NCBI GenBank assembly: GCA_027622665.1 | Contig: JAQBYT010000031.1 | Span: forward strand, 1-50,931 | Direction of reading: 5' to 3' | Source of the DNA: Verrucomicrobiota bacterium | GTDB taxonomy: Bacteria; Verrucomicrobiota; Verrucomicrobiia; Opitutales; Seribacteraceae | Length of the DNA stretch: 50,931 nt | Part shown: one piece after another, positions 1-8,879 of the stretch | Numbering within the stretch: position 1 is the first letter of the stretch | Layout: each line of letters begins with the position of its first letter | Made by a program: the position numbers and the translations under genes | Notes under the pieces: generated by a model | The model's database searches: none | Told to the model about the DNA's origin: nothing | The model's input: the letters and a program-made list of their open reading frames with translations, nothing else

Positions 1-908
1 GTGCAGTCAAGCGGCGGAGGCGCGGGCAGCGCCGCCCTCGGCAGCTGCGCCATATGCACGATCCGAAAGCCCAGATGAGCTCCGGCGTAGGTTTCCGCAT
101 CACGCGTCCGTTTGACCGCCCGAACCTGCTGGGTATCACCTCCCCAGTTTCCACCTCGGGTAACGCAGCCCTGCCCCTTCTCCGGTCCGATAGGATCGAT
201 CGTCGTGCGCAGGTCATAGCGCGGAGTCCAGTAGTCCGAGACAATCTCCCACAAGTTGCCTGCCATATCGTGGATCCCGAAGGCATTTGCCAATCGTGTG
301 CCGACTTTCCCGGGCTGTCGAAAGTTGTTCTCACGGTACTGGGCAATCTCGCCCACCCGTCCTTCCTCGTCTCCGTTGTACCACGTGGTACGGGTTCCCG
401 CTCGATACGCATATTCCCATTCCGCCTCGGTGGGCAGTCGGAATTCACCATCGGTGAGCAGGTTGGCTTGTTCACAAAAGGCGATAGCCTGACGATGGCT
501 CACCGCATCCACCGGGTAGGCGGAGGTGTCCTTCTGGTCGAAGTGACTCGGATTGCGGCCGGCCACCGCCGCATACTGCTGCTGAGTCAGCTCATACTTC
601 CCAACCCAGAGTGGTCGGGTCAGGGTTACGATGACCGTATTCTTTCCCTCGCCGCGATAATACCTGCCAGGTGGGATCAGGATCATATCAATTCGCACCT
701 TTCCGTCCCGATCAAGTGGGAAGGATTTCTCAATGCCATCCTGGCCCAGGTATTTCGCCCAAGCTGTTTGCGCGCTCCTGACGGATTCAGCATCAGCGCC
801 GTCCTTTGCCGTGCAATCCAGCGGCTCGGGCGGTTCAATCGCCATCAATCCGAAAGCGACACCCAAGCTCGAGATGGCTACCCATAACCATAAAAGCATC
901 CTCCTCAT
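1..908 (-). CDS. Exported FGE-sulfatase (SUMF1-like, C-type lectin fold) domain protein; partial, runs off the left edge; probably tandem domains
   Basis: Hand translation from ATG 908 (ATGA overlap with the upstream stop): signal peptide MRRMLLWLWVAISSLGVAFG, then GKYELTQ, FRLPTEAEWEYAYRAG, NAFGIHDMAGNLWE, RGGNW, LGFRIV. No stop before the edge. PPEPLDCT at the N-terminus recurs as PPPLDC at the edge. Confidence 0.9.
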   Translation of the reverse strand, partial: MRRMLLWLWVAISSLGVAFGLMAIEPPEPLDCTAKDGADAESVRSAQTAWAKYLGQDGIEKSFPLDRDGKVRIDMILIPPGRYYRGEGKNTVIVTLTRPLWVGKYELTQQQYAAVAGRNPSHFDQKDTSAYPVDAVSHRQAIAFCEQANLLTDGEFRLPTEAEWEYAYRAGTRTTWYNGDEEGRVGEIAQYRENNFRQPGKVGTRLANAFGIHDMAGNLWEIVSDYWTPRYDLRTTIDPIGPEKGQGCVTRGGNWGGDTQQVRAVKRTRDAETYAGAHLGFRIVHMAQLPRAALPAPPPLDC

Positions 909-1831
909 TTCATCCTCCAGGCATATGCGGTTTGTGAATTATCATGAAAGAACTTCTCGGCAACCCGTTCACCCTTGGCGGTGAAATAATCGCGGACAAT
1001 TCCGATAACGTTGGCCAACGGCACGATATCGTGTCTCATCGGCCAGTTGCTGCCGTAAACGAGACGATCTTCCCCGAAGCAGTTCCAAAGCGTGTCGAGT
1101 ACCGGACGATAATAGTCCACCTCCCTGGGTGGCGGCTTCTTTCCCGTCTGTTCAACCAGGGCCGACACCTTGCAGAACACGTTGGGATGTTTCGCTGCGG
1201 CTGCCATCCCATCGCGCCACTTCGCAGGTGGTTCTCGACCGTCGATGCGCAGGTTCGCGGCATGGTTGATCACAATCCGCAACTTCGGACATTTCTCGGC
1301 CAGGCGCGCGACGTGCCCCGGCATGTCAGGGCCACCGTTGGTGTCCAGTCCCAGACCATGATCGATTAACAACTGACAGCGTTCCACAAGTTTGCCGCCC
1401 TCTTTCATGCCATTGGGCAGCTCACCATAAGAAATCCGGATGCCGCGATAGCGCGGATTCTTGGCAAATCGATGGAGGTGCTTTTCAAATTCATCCGAGG
1501 TCGGGTCAACGCGTCCTACGACGCCAAGTAGAAACGGTTCCTTCTCCGCCAGGTCCAGCAGCCACTGGTTGTCTTCCACCCTGGGGCTCGCTTCGATGAC
1601 AATCGCTCCAACGCCTCCGAATGGCTTGCTGAGCTTCTGCAGTTCCGCAGGCAGCATCGGGCGATACAAGCGAGTGTTATTCTTTCCCGGCCAGAGAATG
1701 CCCTCGGGACGGGTTGGATCCCAGAAGTGGGTGTGGCAGTCGATGATCTTGAGTGCCGGCGCTTCCCGGGCCGTGACGGTGCTCCCGAGCAGCCCCGCCG
1801 TCCCCACTGCCAAGAACTCACGTCGTTTCAT
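905..1831 (-). CDS. Amidohydrolase-2 family metallohydrolase (sugar lactonase-like) with Tat signal
   Basis: MKRREFL twin-arginine leader; IIDCHTHFW metal motif; VINH, NVFCKVS, DRLVYGSNWP. Confidence 0.88.
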   Translation of the reverse strand: MKRREFLAVGTAGLLGSTVTAREAPALKIIDCHTHFWDPTRPEGILWPGKNNTRLYRPMLPAELQKLSKPFGGVGAIVIEASPRVEDNQWLLDLAEKEPFLLGVVGRVDPTSDEFEKHLHRFAKNPRYRGIRISYGELPNGMKEGGKLVERCQLLIDHGLGLDTNGGPDMPGHVARLAEKCPKLRIVINHAANLRIDGREPPAKWRDGMAAAAKHPNVFCKVSALVEQTGKKPPPREVDYYRPVLDTLWNCFGEDRLVYGSNWPMRHDIVPLANVIGIVRDYFTAKGERVAEKFFHDNSQTAYAWRMK

Positions 1832-3756
1832 TCACCGGTCTCCTTGATGATGCAAAGCACGCGAAACCCACCGCTCCCGTAGCGGCCGCCGATCCCCACC
1901 AGTCGGCGCTTGGAGCTCCGGCAGGCTTCGGGACCAGTGTACCAGGCGCCGCCCCGCATGACCGGCCGCTGTTCCCCCTGACTCACGGTCTGCAGCCCGT
2001 TCCGGACCTTCGGCAGGGCGGTGTACGTTCCATAGAAATCCTCGCACCATTCCCATACGTTACCATGCATGTCGTACAGGCCGAAAGCGTTGGGTTTGAA
2101 TTGTCCGACCGGCGCCGCGAAAACATGGCCGTCTTTCGCCTCGATCCCCTTTCCTTTTGGGAACATGGCCTTCCTTGTTCCATCCGCCAGGTTGGCATAC
2201 ACCGCGAGGGTTTCGTCCCCATCGCCGAAGCAGAACCGGCCGGCGCGACCGGCCCGGCAGGCAAACTCCCATTCCGCCTCCGCCGGCAAACGCAGCTCGA
2301 GCGCGGGCCCATTACCGGTCCCCATACCCTCCAGCCATTTGCAGAACTCCCGGGCGTCCTTCCGCGTAATATTGATCACCGGAGAAGCGTCCGTGTAGGA
2401 ATCGAGCCCGTAGTGCTTCCAACTGTATTTTTTGTCACGGCCTTCGAACTTCTTCTCGTCTTCGTTCCAACCATAGCCGCCGTCCGTTGTTTCGGTTTCC
2501 GTGACGTAGCCCGTCGTTTCCACGAAGCGGCGGAACTGTCCGCGGCTGACCTCGAACCGTCCGATATAGAAATCGTCGGTCAATGTGATCCGCTGTTCGA
2601 CTTCGAAGTCCAAAGTCGATGGTCGTTTGCCGTGGAAGTATTTCTGGATCACCGCATCCTGCTCTGCTGCGGACGAACCGACGGCGAACGTTTGTCCTTT
2701 GGCCCGTACTTTGACGAGTTTGAGCTCGATGCCCTTTCCCAAGTCGTAGACCAGATAGTCGAATACCTTGCCCAACCTGGCGTCAGCTGCTCTTTCAATG
2801 CGTGGATTTTTCGCCTGTTCGAGCACAATCCGAAAGCCCAGGTAGCTCCCCCGGTAGGCCGAAGGATGGCGGCCGATGCGAGAGGCGGAACGAGCTCGGG
2901 TTGCGGAGCTGGACCAACCGGCCCCCCGGTGCACCCGTGCCTCAGCCGAGTCCGGGCCGGTCGGATCGGTTGCCCGGACTCCCTCGTATCCTTTCGAATC
3001 GTACCCGTCCGAACACCACTCCCAGACGTTCCCGTGCATGTCGTACAGGCCATAGCGATTGGGTTTGAATCGGCCCACTGGGGCCGTGTATCGAAATCCG
3101 TCTTCGCTCCCGCCCACATTACCGTGGGTTACCAGGTCTCCGGGATCGTCGCCAAACGAATAGGCCGTTCTCGTCCCGGCCCGACAGGCATATTCCCACT
3201 CGGCCTCGGTAGGCAATCTATAGGTCTTGTTTTCCTTTTTGCTCAACCACCGGCAATAGGCCTGGGCGTCGTTCCAGCTAACGAGCACTACGGGATGATC
3301 GTTTGTCTGCTTGAACCCCGGCGAGGACCAGGTGAACCGTCCGTCTTTTTCGAGCGATCCCTTGTTGTTAACGCCCCAACCGCCCTTGCCGTCACGCTCG
3401 CCGTCCGTCCTGTACTTTGCATCGTCGACGAACTTCCTGAATTGACCGACCGTCACCTGATGCGTCCCGAGATAAAACGCCTGGGTTAGCTCAACCTCGT
3501 GCCTCTTTTCCTGAGCCTCCCGGTCGGCCTCTTGTCTCGGCGATCCCATGCCGAATTTACCCGCCGGAATATGCGCCAGCTTCATCCCCTGGCTGCTGAC
3601 CACGCCGCGGTGGGTCGCCAAGATCTTTCGCGCCTGCTCGACGGTCAGCTCGTCCAAATCATCGGGTACCAAATCTGAGGCGTTCTCCGCCCAGGCACAG
3701 GCGGCAAGACCGCAACACGCCCAGAACCGAATCAGGCCGACAGCCCTCTGCTTCAT
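1828..3756 (-). CDS. Exported protein with two tandem FGE-sulfatase domains
   Basis: Two copies of RLPxEAEWE(Y/F)ACRAG, PNx(Y/F)GLYDMHGNVWEWC and GFR. Start moved from the track's 3861 to ATG 3756, which gives an ATGA overlap with stop 3753-3755 and a signal peptide. Confidence 0.9.
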   Translation of the reverse strand: MKQRAVGLIRFWACCGLAACAWAENASDLVPDDLDELTVEQARKILATHRGVVSSQGMKLAHIPAGKFGMGSPRQEADREAQEKRHEVELTQAFYLGTHQVTVGQFRKFVDDAKYRTDGERDGKGGWGVNNKGSLEKDGRFTWSSPGFKQTNDHPVVLVSWNDAQAYCRWLSKKENKTYRLPTEAEWEYACRAGTRTAYSFGDDPGDLVTHGNVGGSEDGFRYTAPVGRFKPNRYGLYDMHGNVWEWCSDGYDSKGYEGVRATDPTGPDSAEARVHRGAGWSSSATRARSASRIGRHPSAYRGSYLGFRIVLEQAKNPRIERAADARLGKVFDYLVYDLGKGIELKLVKVRAKGQTFAVGSSAAEQDAVIQKYFHGKRPSTLDFEVEQRITLTDDFYIGRFEVSRGQFRRFVETTGYVTETETTDGGYGWNEDEKKFEGRDKKYSWKHYGLDSYTDASPVINITRKDAREFCKWLEGMGTGNGPALELRLPAEAEWEFACRAGRAGRFCFGDGDETLAVYANLADGTRKAMFPKGKGIEAKDGHVFAAPVGQFKPNAFGLYDMHGNVWEWCEDFYGTYTALPKVRNGLQTVSQGEQRPVMRGGAWYTGPEACRSSKRRLVGIGGRYGSGGFRVLCIIKETGE

Positions 3757-5180
3757 GCCAGCAACGATTCCATGGGACCGGGCTTGTCGAGATCCTTGGG
3801 CGCCTTGTCCAGGTTGAATCCGTCCACCTCGCTTTCCGCCGCATGCAGCAGGGTCGTCCACAGGGCGTTGATGGTGCGGCCGTCGGGCGGACGTTCGTGA
3901 TGGGCCACCGGTTCGCCGTAGGACGCGTTCGGGGTCTTGGTCATCGAGCCCCAGGTCGGGAACTGGATGTAACGCCCGCTCCGCATGCGGCCGCCGAGGT
4001 TGCCGATGAGCAGGAAGGGCCAGTGGTTGCCGTGAGAGTGCTGCACCTCGCCCGAGTCGCTGGTGTAGACGATCAAGGTGTTGTCGAGCATCGAGCCCTG
4101 GCCGCCCGGTTCGGGGGTGGCGGCCAGGGGTTGAATGATCCGCTCGAGCATGGACAGGCTGTAGTGCCGGGTACTCAGCCAGCCGAGGCTATTCTGGGGC
4201 CAATGACCGATGTCGTGCGATTTTTTGGGCTCCCTTGCCCCTTCGGGCCAATCGCGGGCGAAGGTATCCAGCGGCATGCCGTCGGGTCCGCTGAGCCCGG
4301 CGTCCACGGTCAATACGTTGGTGACCCCGGCTTTCAAGGCGGCCACGCCGACGTCGATGCCCGCTTCCCACCATTGACCGCTATGTTCCGGGTTGTCGAA
4401 GGCCTCGGTATAGTCGGGCTTGAACGTCGCCAGCGTCTCCTTCATCGCCATCAGTGCCTTGCGCTGTTTGGTGATCTGATGCAGCCCGTCGATATAGGTT
4501 TTGAACTTCGCTGCTTCCGCACCGCCCAGGCGCTTGCGGATGCGGGCGCTGTCCTCGACCAGCTCGCCGAACCATTCGGTTTCGGACAGGAAGGCGTCCC
4601 GGGACTTTTCCCCGGCCACGCACCCGAAGATGTTCTGGTAGGCCATGGCCGGATTCGAAAACAACGGCACTGGCCGGGATGCCCCGGCCGCCGAGGAGCT
4701 GTAGGTGATCGGGGTGGCCTGCATGGTGGTCAGCTGGCTGAGCCCGATCCCCAGCATGGGCAAGGGCGTTGGAGGCAGCGCCATACCGAGCGCGTGGTCG
4801 ATGGTCTGCCCGGTCGGGGACTTACCCTTCTTGAGTCCGGCCAGGCAGCCGAAGGGCGTGCCGTGACTGGTCTGGCAGTGCCGGCCGTTCACGCCCTGCA
4901 GGATGGTCATGCGGTCCTTGTAGTGCTCCAGCGGCGCGGTCCACTTGGGCAGGGCGTGGGGTCCAAGCTCCACGTCGATCAGCTTGTCCGTCTTCCGCGC
5001 ATCCTTCATTCCATCCGGGCAGACATGATCGGGATGAAAGCCGTTGCTGTAGATGAAGAAGACGAAGCGTTTGGGGCCGCCGGTTGATGGGGCGGCGGCG
5101 GCGGCACTAACGAAAGGAGGAAGGACGGCGGCGGCGGCCATTCCGGCCATTTTGATGGTATCACGGCGACTAATCTTCAT
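3753..5180 (-). CDS. DUF1552 (HXXSHH) family protein, Tat-exported
   Basis: MKISRRDTIK leader; KRFVFFIYSNG; TIDHAL; HDIGHW; GSMLDNTLIVYTSDSG; WPFLLIGNLGG. Confidence 0.85.
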   Translation of the reverse strand: MKISRRDTIKMAGMAAAAVLPPFVSAAAAAPSTGGPKRFVFFIYSNGFHPDHVCPDGMKDARKTDKLIDVELGPHALPKWTAPLEHYKDRMTILQGVNGRHCQTSHGTPFGCLAGLKKGKSPTGQTIDHALGMALPPTPLPMLGIGLSQLTTMQATPITYSSSAAGASRPVPLFSNPAMAYQNIFGCVAGEKSRDAFLSETEWFGELVEDSARIRKRLGGAEAAKFKTYIDGLHQITKQRKALMAMKETLATFKPDYTEAFDNPEHSGQWWEAGIDVGVAALKAGVTNVLTVDAGLSGPDGMPLDTFARDWPEGAREPKKSHDIGHWPQNSLGWLSTRHYSLSMLERIIQPLAATPEPGGQGSMLDNTLIVYTSDSGEVQHSHGNHWPFLLIGNLGGRMRSGRYIQFPTWGSMTKTPNASYGEPVAHHERPPDGRTINALWTTLLHAAESEVDGFNLDKAPKDLDKPGPMESLLA

Positions 5181-7434
5181 GGGATGCGACTCCTTTGGGG
5201 TTGGCGCCGGTGCGATACAGGAATGCGTCCGACGTTAGTAATGATTTAAGTAGCGCCGACATGCTGCCGCCGCTATCCTGGTAGGCCCGGTGCGCTGCCT
5301 GCAGGGTGCGCGCGTCATCGAGCGTCTCGTTCCGGCCCATCCAGAAGCGAAAGGCGTGGCGTACGAAGACCTGCTCCACCCGCTCGGAGCCGGCCAGCTT
5401 GTTCACCAGTTCCTCCGGACCGGACACCGGTCCGTCGATCGCCGGATCGCCGCTGTCGATGATTTCGCCGGCGACTACCACCGGGCGGTCCTTCTCCGTC
5501 TCGCGTACGCTGCCGAAGTGGTCGTACTGCTCGAAGGGCAGGCCCAGCGGATCCATCAGGCGGTGGCATTTCCAGCATTGCTCCCCCCGGGTCAATTCCA
5601 TGCGCTCGCGCAGCGTTTTCGATTTGTCTTCCGGCAAGGCTGCATCGACGGTCACCGGCACGTCGGGCACCCGGCCGCCGAGCAACCGTTCGCGGATCCA
5701 CTTGCCGCGGTGAATGGGATGGTTCTCCGCGTTGTCGGAATGCGAGACCAGCCAGGAACGCTGGTTCAACACCCCGATGCGATCGGGCTTCAGCCAGTCG
5801 GGATGTTTGGCGATCAAGGCCTTGAGGGAGGCCTGCCGTTTTTCCCGGTTCTTCTCGGCGTTCTTCCGTTTTTCCGCGGACAGCGCCTTTTCGCCGGTCT
5901 GGGCGAGCTGCCGATCCATGTGCTCGATCCCTTTCTCGAAACCCACCTTCGCTTTTTCGTACTTGGCCTGCATGGTGGCGTCCGAATTGCCCCGGTAATC
6001 GGTTTTGATGGTGAGCATACGGGCCAGCACGTCCCGGTCATCTTCCAGGATCTTGTCGAGGACCCCGTTGGTGATGCGCACGACCTGCTCCGGGTGGCCG
6101 TTGTTGAAGCGTTCGGCGAAGGTGCCATGCAGCCGGCCGGCGTCCTTTTCCTTCTGCAGCTCGCCGATGTCCTTGAACACGTCTAAATAGTGCGTGTAGG
6201 TGAAATACTCCACCAGGAATCGTTTGACCGTTGCTGACTGGGAGAGTTTGGGCACTCTTTTATGACCGGCGGCCTGGTCGAGGACGGCGATCACATCTTC
6301 GCGATTCGCCAAATTTCCCTTATCCGCGGCGACGACGAAGAAGTCGCGCACGACGGGATTCCCGTAACCGATCTGCCATTTGGACACCGGGTTCCGGCTA
6401 GCCTCCATACGGCGGTCGCGCAGCGCGCGATCCACCGCATCGATCAGTTCCGGCGGCGCGAGGAAAGCGGGCTCACCTCGCGCTTCATCGCTTCCGAATT
6501 CGGTGTGATAGAACACCTCGGGATGAATCATCACCGGCACCAGGCCGAAGATCAGCCCTTCGCGATTTCCGAACTTGCCGATGCTTTCCAGCACTTTGCT
6601 CCGCCGGCGCTCCAGCTCCGGAGCCTCGGGATCGCGACCGAGCCAGTGTTGGTATTGCTCCGTAATCACCTGGTCGAGCTCTTCGGTGCTGGGCGCCTCC
6701 TCCGAACGTGCGATATTCCGGATCAGGGTCTTGGGCTTGCCCCTCGGATTGGCGTCGATGACCAGGGCCAGCAGCACGCGCGCGTTGTTGGCCACGCCTT
6801 CGGTCTGCGAGGCCTCCAGGGTGTAGCGAAAGGAGTAGTTCTTCAGCTCGTGCTCCCCGTGCAGCCCGAAGGGCGCCGGGAAATACGCGTAATTTTTTCC
6901 CTGCCCATTGCTCATCGCCCTGTTGACGCCGCGCGCCCTCAACCAGGCCTCCTGCTTGTTTTCATAGCTCTGCGGCAGGGTCAGCCACAGCCGGGCCGGG
7001 CTGGCCGCGATCTTCGGGGCCTGCGCCGCCACCTTCGGGTCGAACAGCTTGTCGTGTGGCACGAGGTTTCCGTTCTCCGGTCGCTGCATTTTTGCCTGAA
7101 ACGCACGACGGGCCGAGCTGACGTTGACGTCGATCCACTCGAGTAACTGAAGCACCTCTTTGTCCGAAGGCTGAGGCTTCTTCTCCGGTGGCATTTCTCC
7201 GGCTTCGAGTTGCTCGAGGACACTCAGCCACAAGGCAGAATCTTCCACAGGGTCGTCGGACAATTGATCGAACCGCACGTCTCCCTTCTGTTTCTCCTCA
7301 CCGTGACACTCGATGCAGTGCTTATTGACGATGGAAAGAACCGCCTTCGCCTCGGATGCCACCGCTTTGTAGTGAACAGGCCCGGACAGTAAGGTTACAA
7401 TGGTTATTTTGATGAGAATTCGCATAAAACACAT
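5170..7434 (-). CDS. Planctomycete-type two-heme cytochrome c protein (PSCyt1 + DUF1588/DUF1585-type domains)
   Basis: Signal peptide; CIECH...GEMPP; HPIHRGKWIRERLLG; TLRERM; CWKCH; LGLPFEQYDHFG; SLLTSDAFLYR. Start may be ATG 7425. Confidence 0.87.
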   Translation of the reverse strand: MCFMRILIKITIVTLLSGPVHYKAVASEAKAVLSIVNKHCIECHGEEKQKGDVRFDQLSDDPVEDSALWLSVLEQLEAGEMPPEKKPQPSDKEVLQLLEWIDVNVSSARRAFQAKMQRPENGNLVPHDKLFDPKVAAQAPKIAASPARLWLTLPQSYENKQEAWLRARGVNRAMSNGQGKNYAYFPAPFGLHGEHELKNYSFRYTLEASQTEGVANNARVLLALVIDANPRGKPKTLIRNIARSEEAPSTEELDQVITEQYQHWLGRDPEAPELERRRSKVLESIGKFGNREGLIFGLVPVMIHPEVFYHTEFGSDEARGEPAFLAPPELIDAVDRALRDRRMEASRNPVSKWQIGYGNPVVRDFFVVAADKGNLANREDVIAVLDQAAGHKRVPKLSQSATVKRFLVEYFTYTHYLDVFKDIGELQKEKDAGRLHGTFAERFNNGHPEQVVRITNGVLDKILEDDRDVLARMLTIKTDYRGNSDATMQAKYEKAKVGFEKGIEHMDRQLAQTGEKALSAEKRKNAEKNREKRQASLKALIAKHPDWLKPDRIGVLNQRSWLVSHSDNAENHPIHRGKWIRERLLGGRVPDVPVTVDAALPEDKSKTLRERMELTRGEQCWKCHRLMDPLGLPFEQYDHFGSVRETEKDRPVVVAGEIIDSGDPAIDGPVSGPEELVNKLAGSERVEQVFVRHAFRFWMGRNETLDDARTLQAAHRAYQDSGGSMSALLKSLLTSDAFLYRTGANPKGVASHED

Positions 7435-7523
7435 TGAGGTATGGGCTTACCGTAATTCCCGAATCGAGGTGACTAAACGGCAGAAGTTGTTGGTCAGCAT
7501 TTACAAAGCGTTCGGAGAATGGT

Positions 7524-8879
7524 TCATGCGAGGATTTCGGATAGCGGGCCGTGGGTAGCGTCTTTGTCAATGGCGAGGTCGATGTTGCCAAACTTGTCCT
7601 GTTCATCGCCGACTGCATGGAGCAGGGAAGTGTAGAGGGTGCCGATGCTTTTGTGACCAGGCTTGCCGTAGGAAGGGTACTCCAGAAAGCGACCATTGGT
7701 CTTCAGTTTGCCACCGAGGTTGCCGAGCATCACAACAGGCCATTGAAGGTAGGAAGGATGATGGCGATCTCCAAAGTCACTCAAGTAGATGATGAGGGTG
7801 TTGTCGAGGACTGTGCCATCACCTTCTTTGACTGCATCGAGCTTTCTTGCAAGGTTGGCGATGCATTGAACATGGAACTTCCGGATCTCGATGGTCAGTT
7901 CGTCAGAGGTCTTGCCATTCTCACCACCACCATGACCAATGGCGTTGGTGCGGAGGGAATGTCCAAGCTCTTTCCAACATATATATTTATTACCAGCACA
8001 GGCTGCAATTGTAACGACATTAGTCAGACCTGAGAGTAGGGAACTGGCAGCCATTTCGCATTGGGCTTCCAGGCGATCCGTTTCGAGCTTGCTTTTAAAC
8101 TTATCCGTATTGGGCATGTTTGCCTTTAACTGCTCTTTCATCCCTTCGACCCCATCGTGTCGAATCAGCATAGATTCATACGATTCGAGGTAGCGGTCGA
8201 GGTGTTCACGTTCGGGTCCAGCCAGTCGGGATTGTACTTGTTTGATGTCGGTGGACATGTAGTCCATCAGGTTCTTGCGGAGGAAAGGGATCTTGGCAGC
8301 TTCGCCACCTGCAGCACTTCCGAACAGTGACTGTAACGCCAACTCTGGCTGGCAATGAAAGGGTAGAGGCTTCCCTTTTGAAACTGCAGTTATGGAGTAG
8401 TCGACGATTTGATCAGGGTTGGGGGTAAGTGCCAAGCCGAGATGGGGAACTACACTGCTGAGGTTTTTGGCTAATGCTGCATCAATGGTTGGGGCGACTG
8501 GCCCGAGAGGTCCACTGAAGCAACCCAATGCTCCGTATTCCGGAGAATGACCACGTCCAGATGCGATTTTATTGGAAAGCCCCTGGATGATGGTCATCCG
8601 GTCCTTGAAAGGCTCCAGTGCGGAGATGGGGTCTGGGAGTTTGAAATTGGCGAGCGGTTGGTCGATCAGTTTGTCATTCCCTTTCTTGGGACGTTCGAGC
8701 CCACTTGGTTGGATGTGAGCCGGATTCATCCCATTCCCTTCGACGATAAAGATGATTCTCTGAGGTGCCGGTTTCCCTGCTGATTCTGCAGCTATTCGTT
8801 GGAGGGCAGGTTGGAGCATGATGCTACCTGTGCCTAAAGTGATTCCGTTGAGGAAGGTTCTGCGGTTTAGAATGTTCAT
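7524..8879 (-). CDS. DUF1552 family protein, Tat-exported
   Basis: MNILNRRTFL leader; RIIFIVEGNG; EGDGTVLDNTLIIYLSDFG; WPVVMLGNLGG. Clear paralog of 3753-5180. Confidence 0.87.
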   Translation of the reverse strand: MNILNRRTFLNGITLGTGSIMLQPALQRIAAESAGKPAPQRIIFIVEGNGMNPAHIQPSGLERPKKGNDKLIDQPLANFKLPDPISALEPFKDRMTIIQGLSNKIASGRGHSPEYGALGCFSGPLGPVAPTIDAALAKNLSSVVPHLGLALTPNPDQIVDYSITAVSKGKPLPFHCQPELALQSLFGSAAGGEAAKIPFLRKNLMDYMSTDIKQVQSRLAGPEREHLDRYLESYESMLIRHDGVEGMKEQLKANMPNTDKFKSKLETDRLEAQCEMAASSLLSGLTNVVTIAACAGNKYICWKELGHSLRTNAIGHGGGENGKTSDELTIEIRKFHVQCIANLARKLDAVKEGDGTVLDNTLIIYLSDFGDRHHPSYLQWPVVMLGNLGGKLKTNGRFLEYPSYGKPGHKSIGTLYTSLLHAVGDEQDKFGNIDLAIDKDATHGPLSEILA

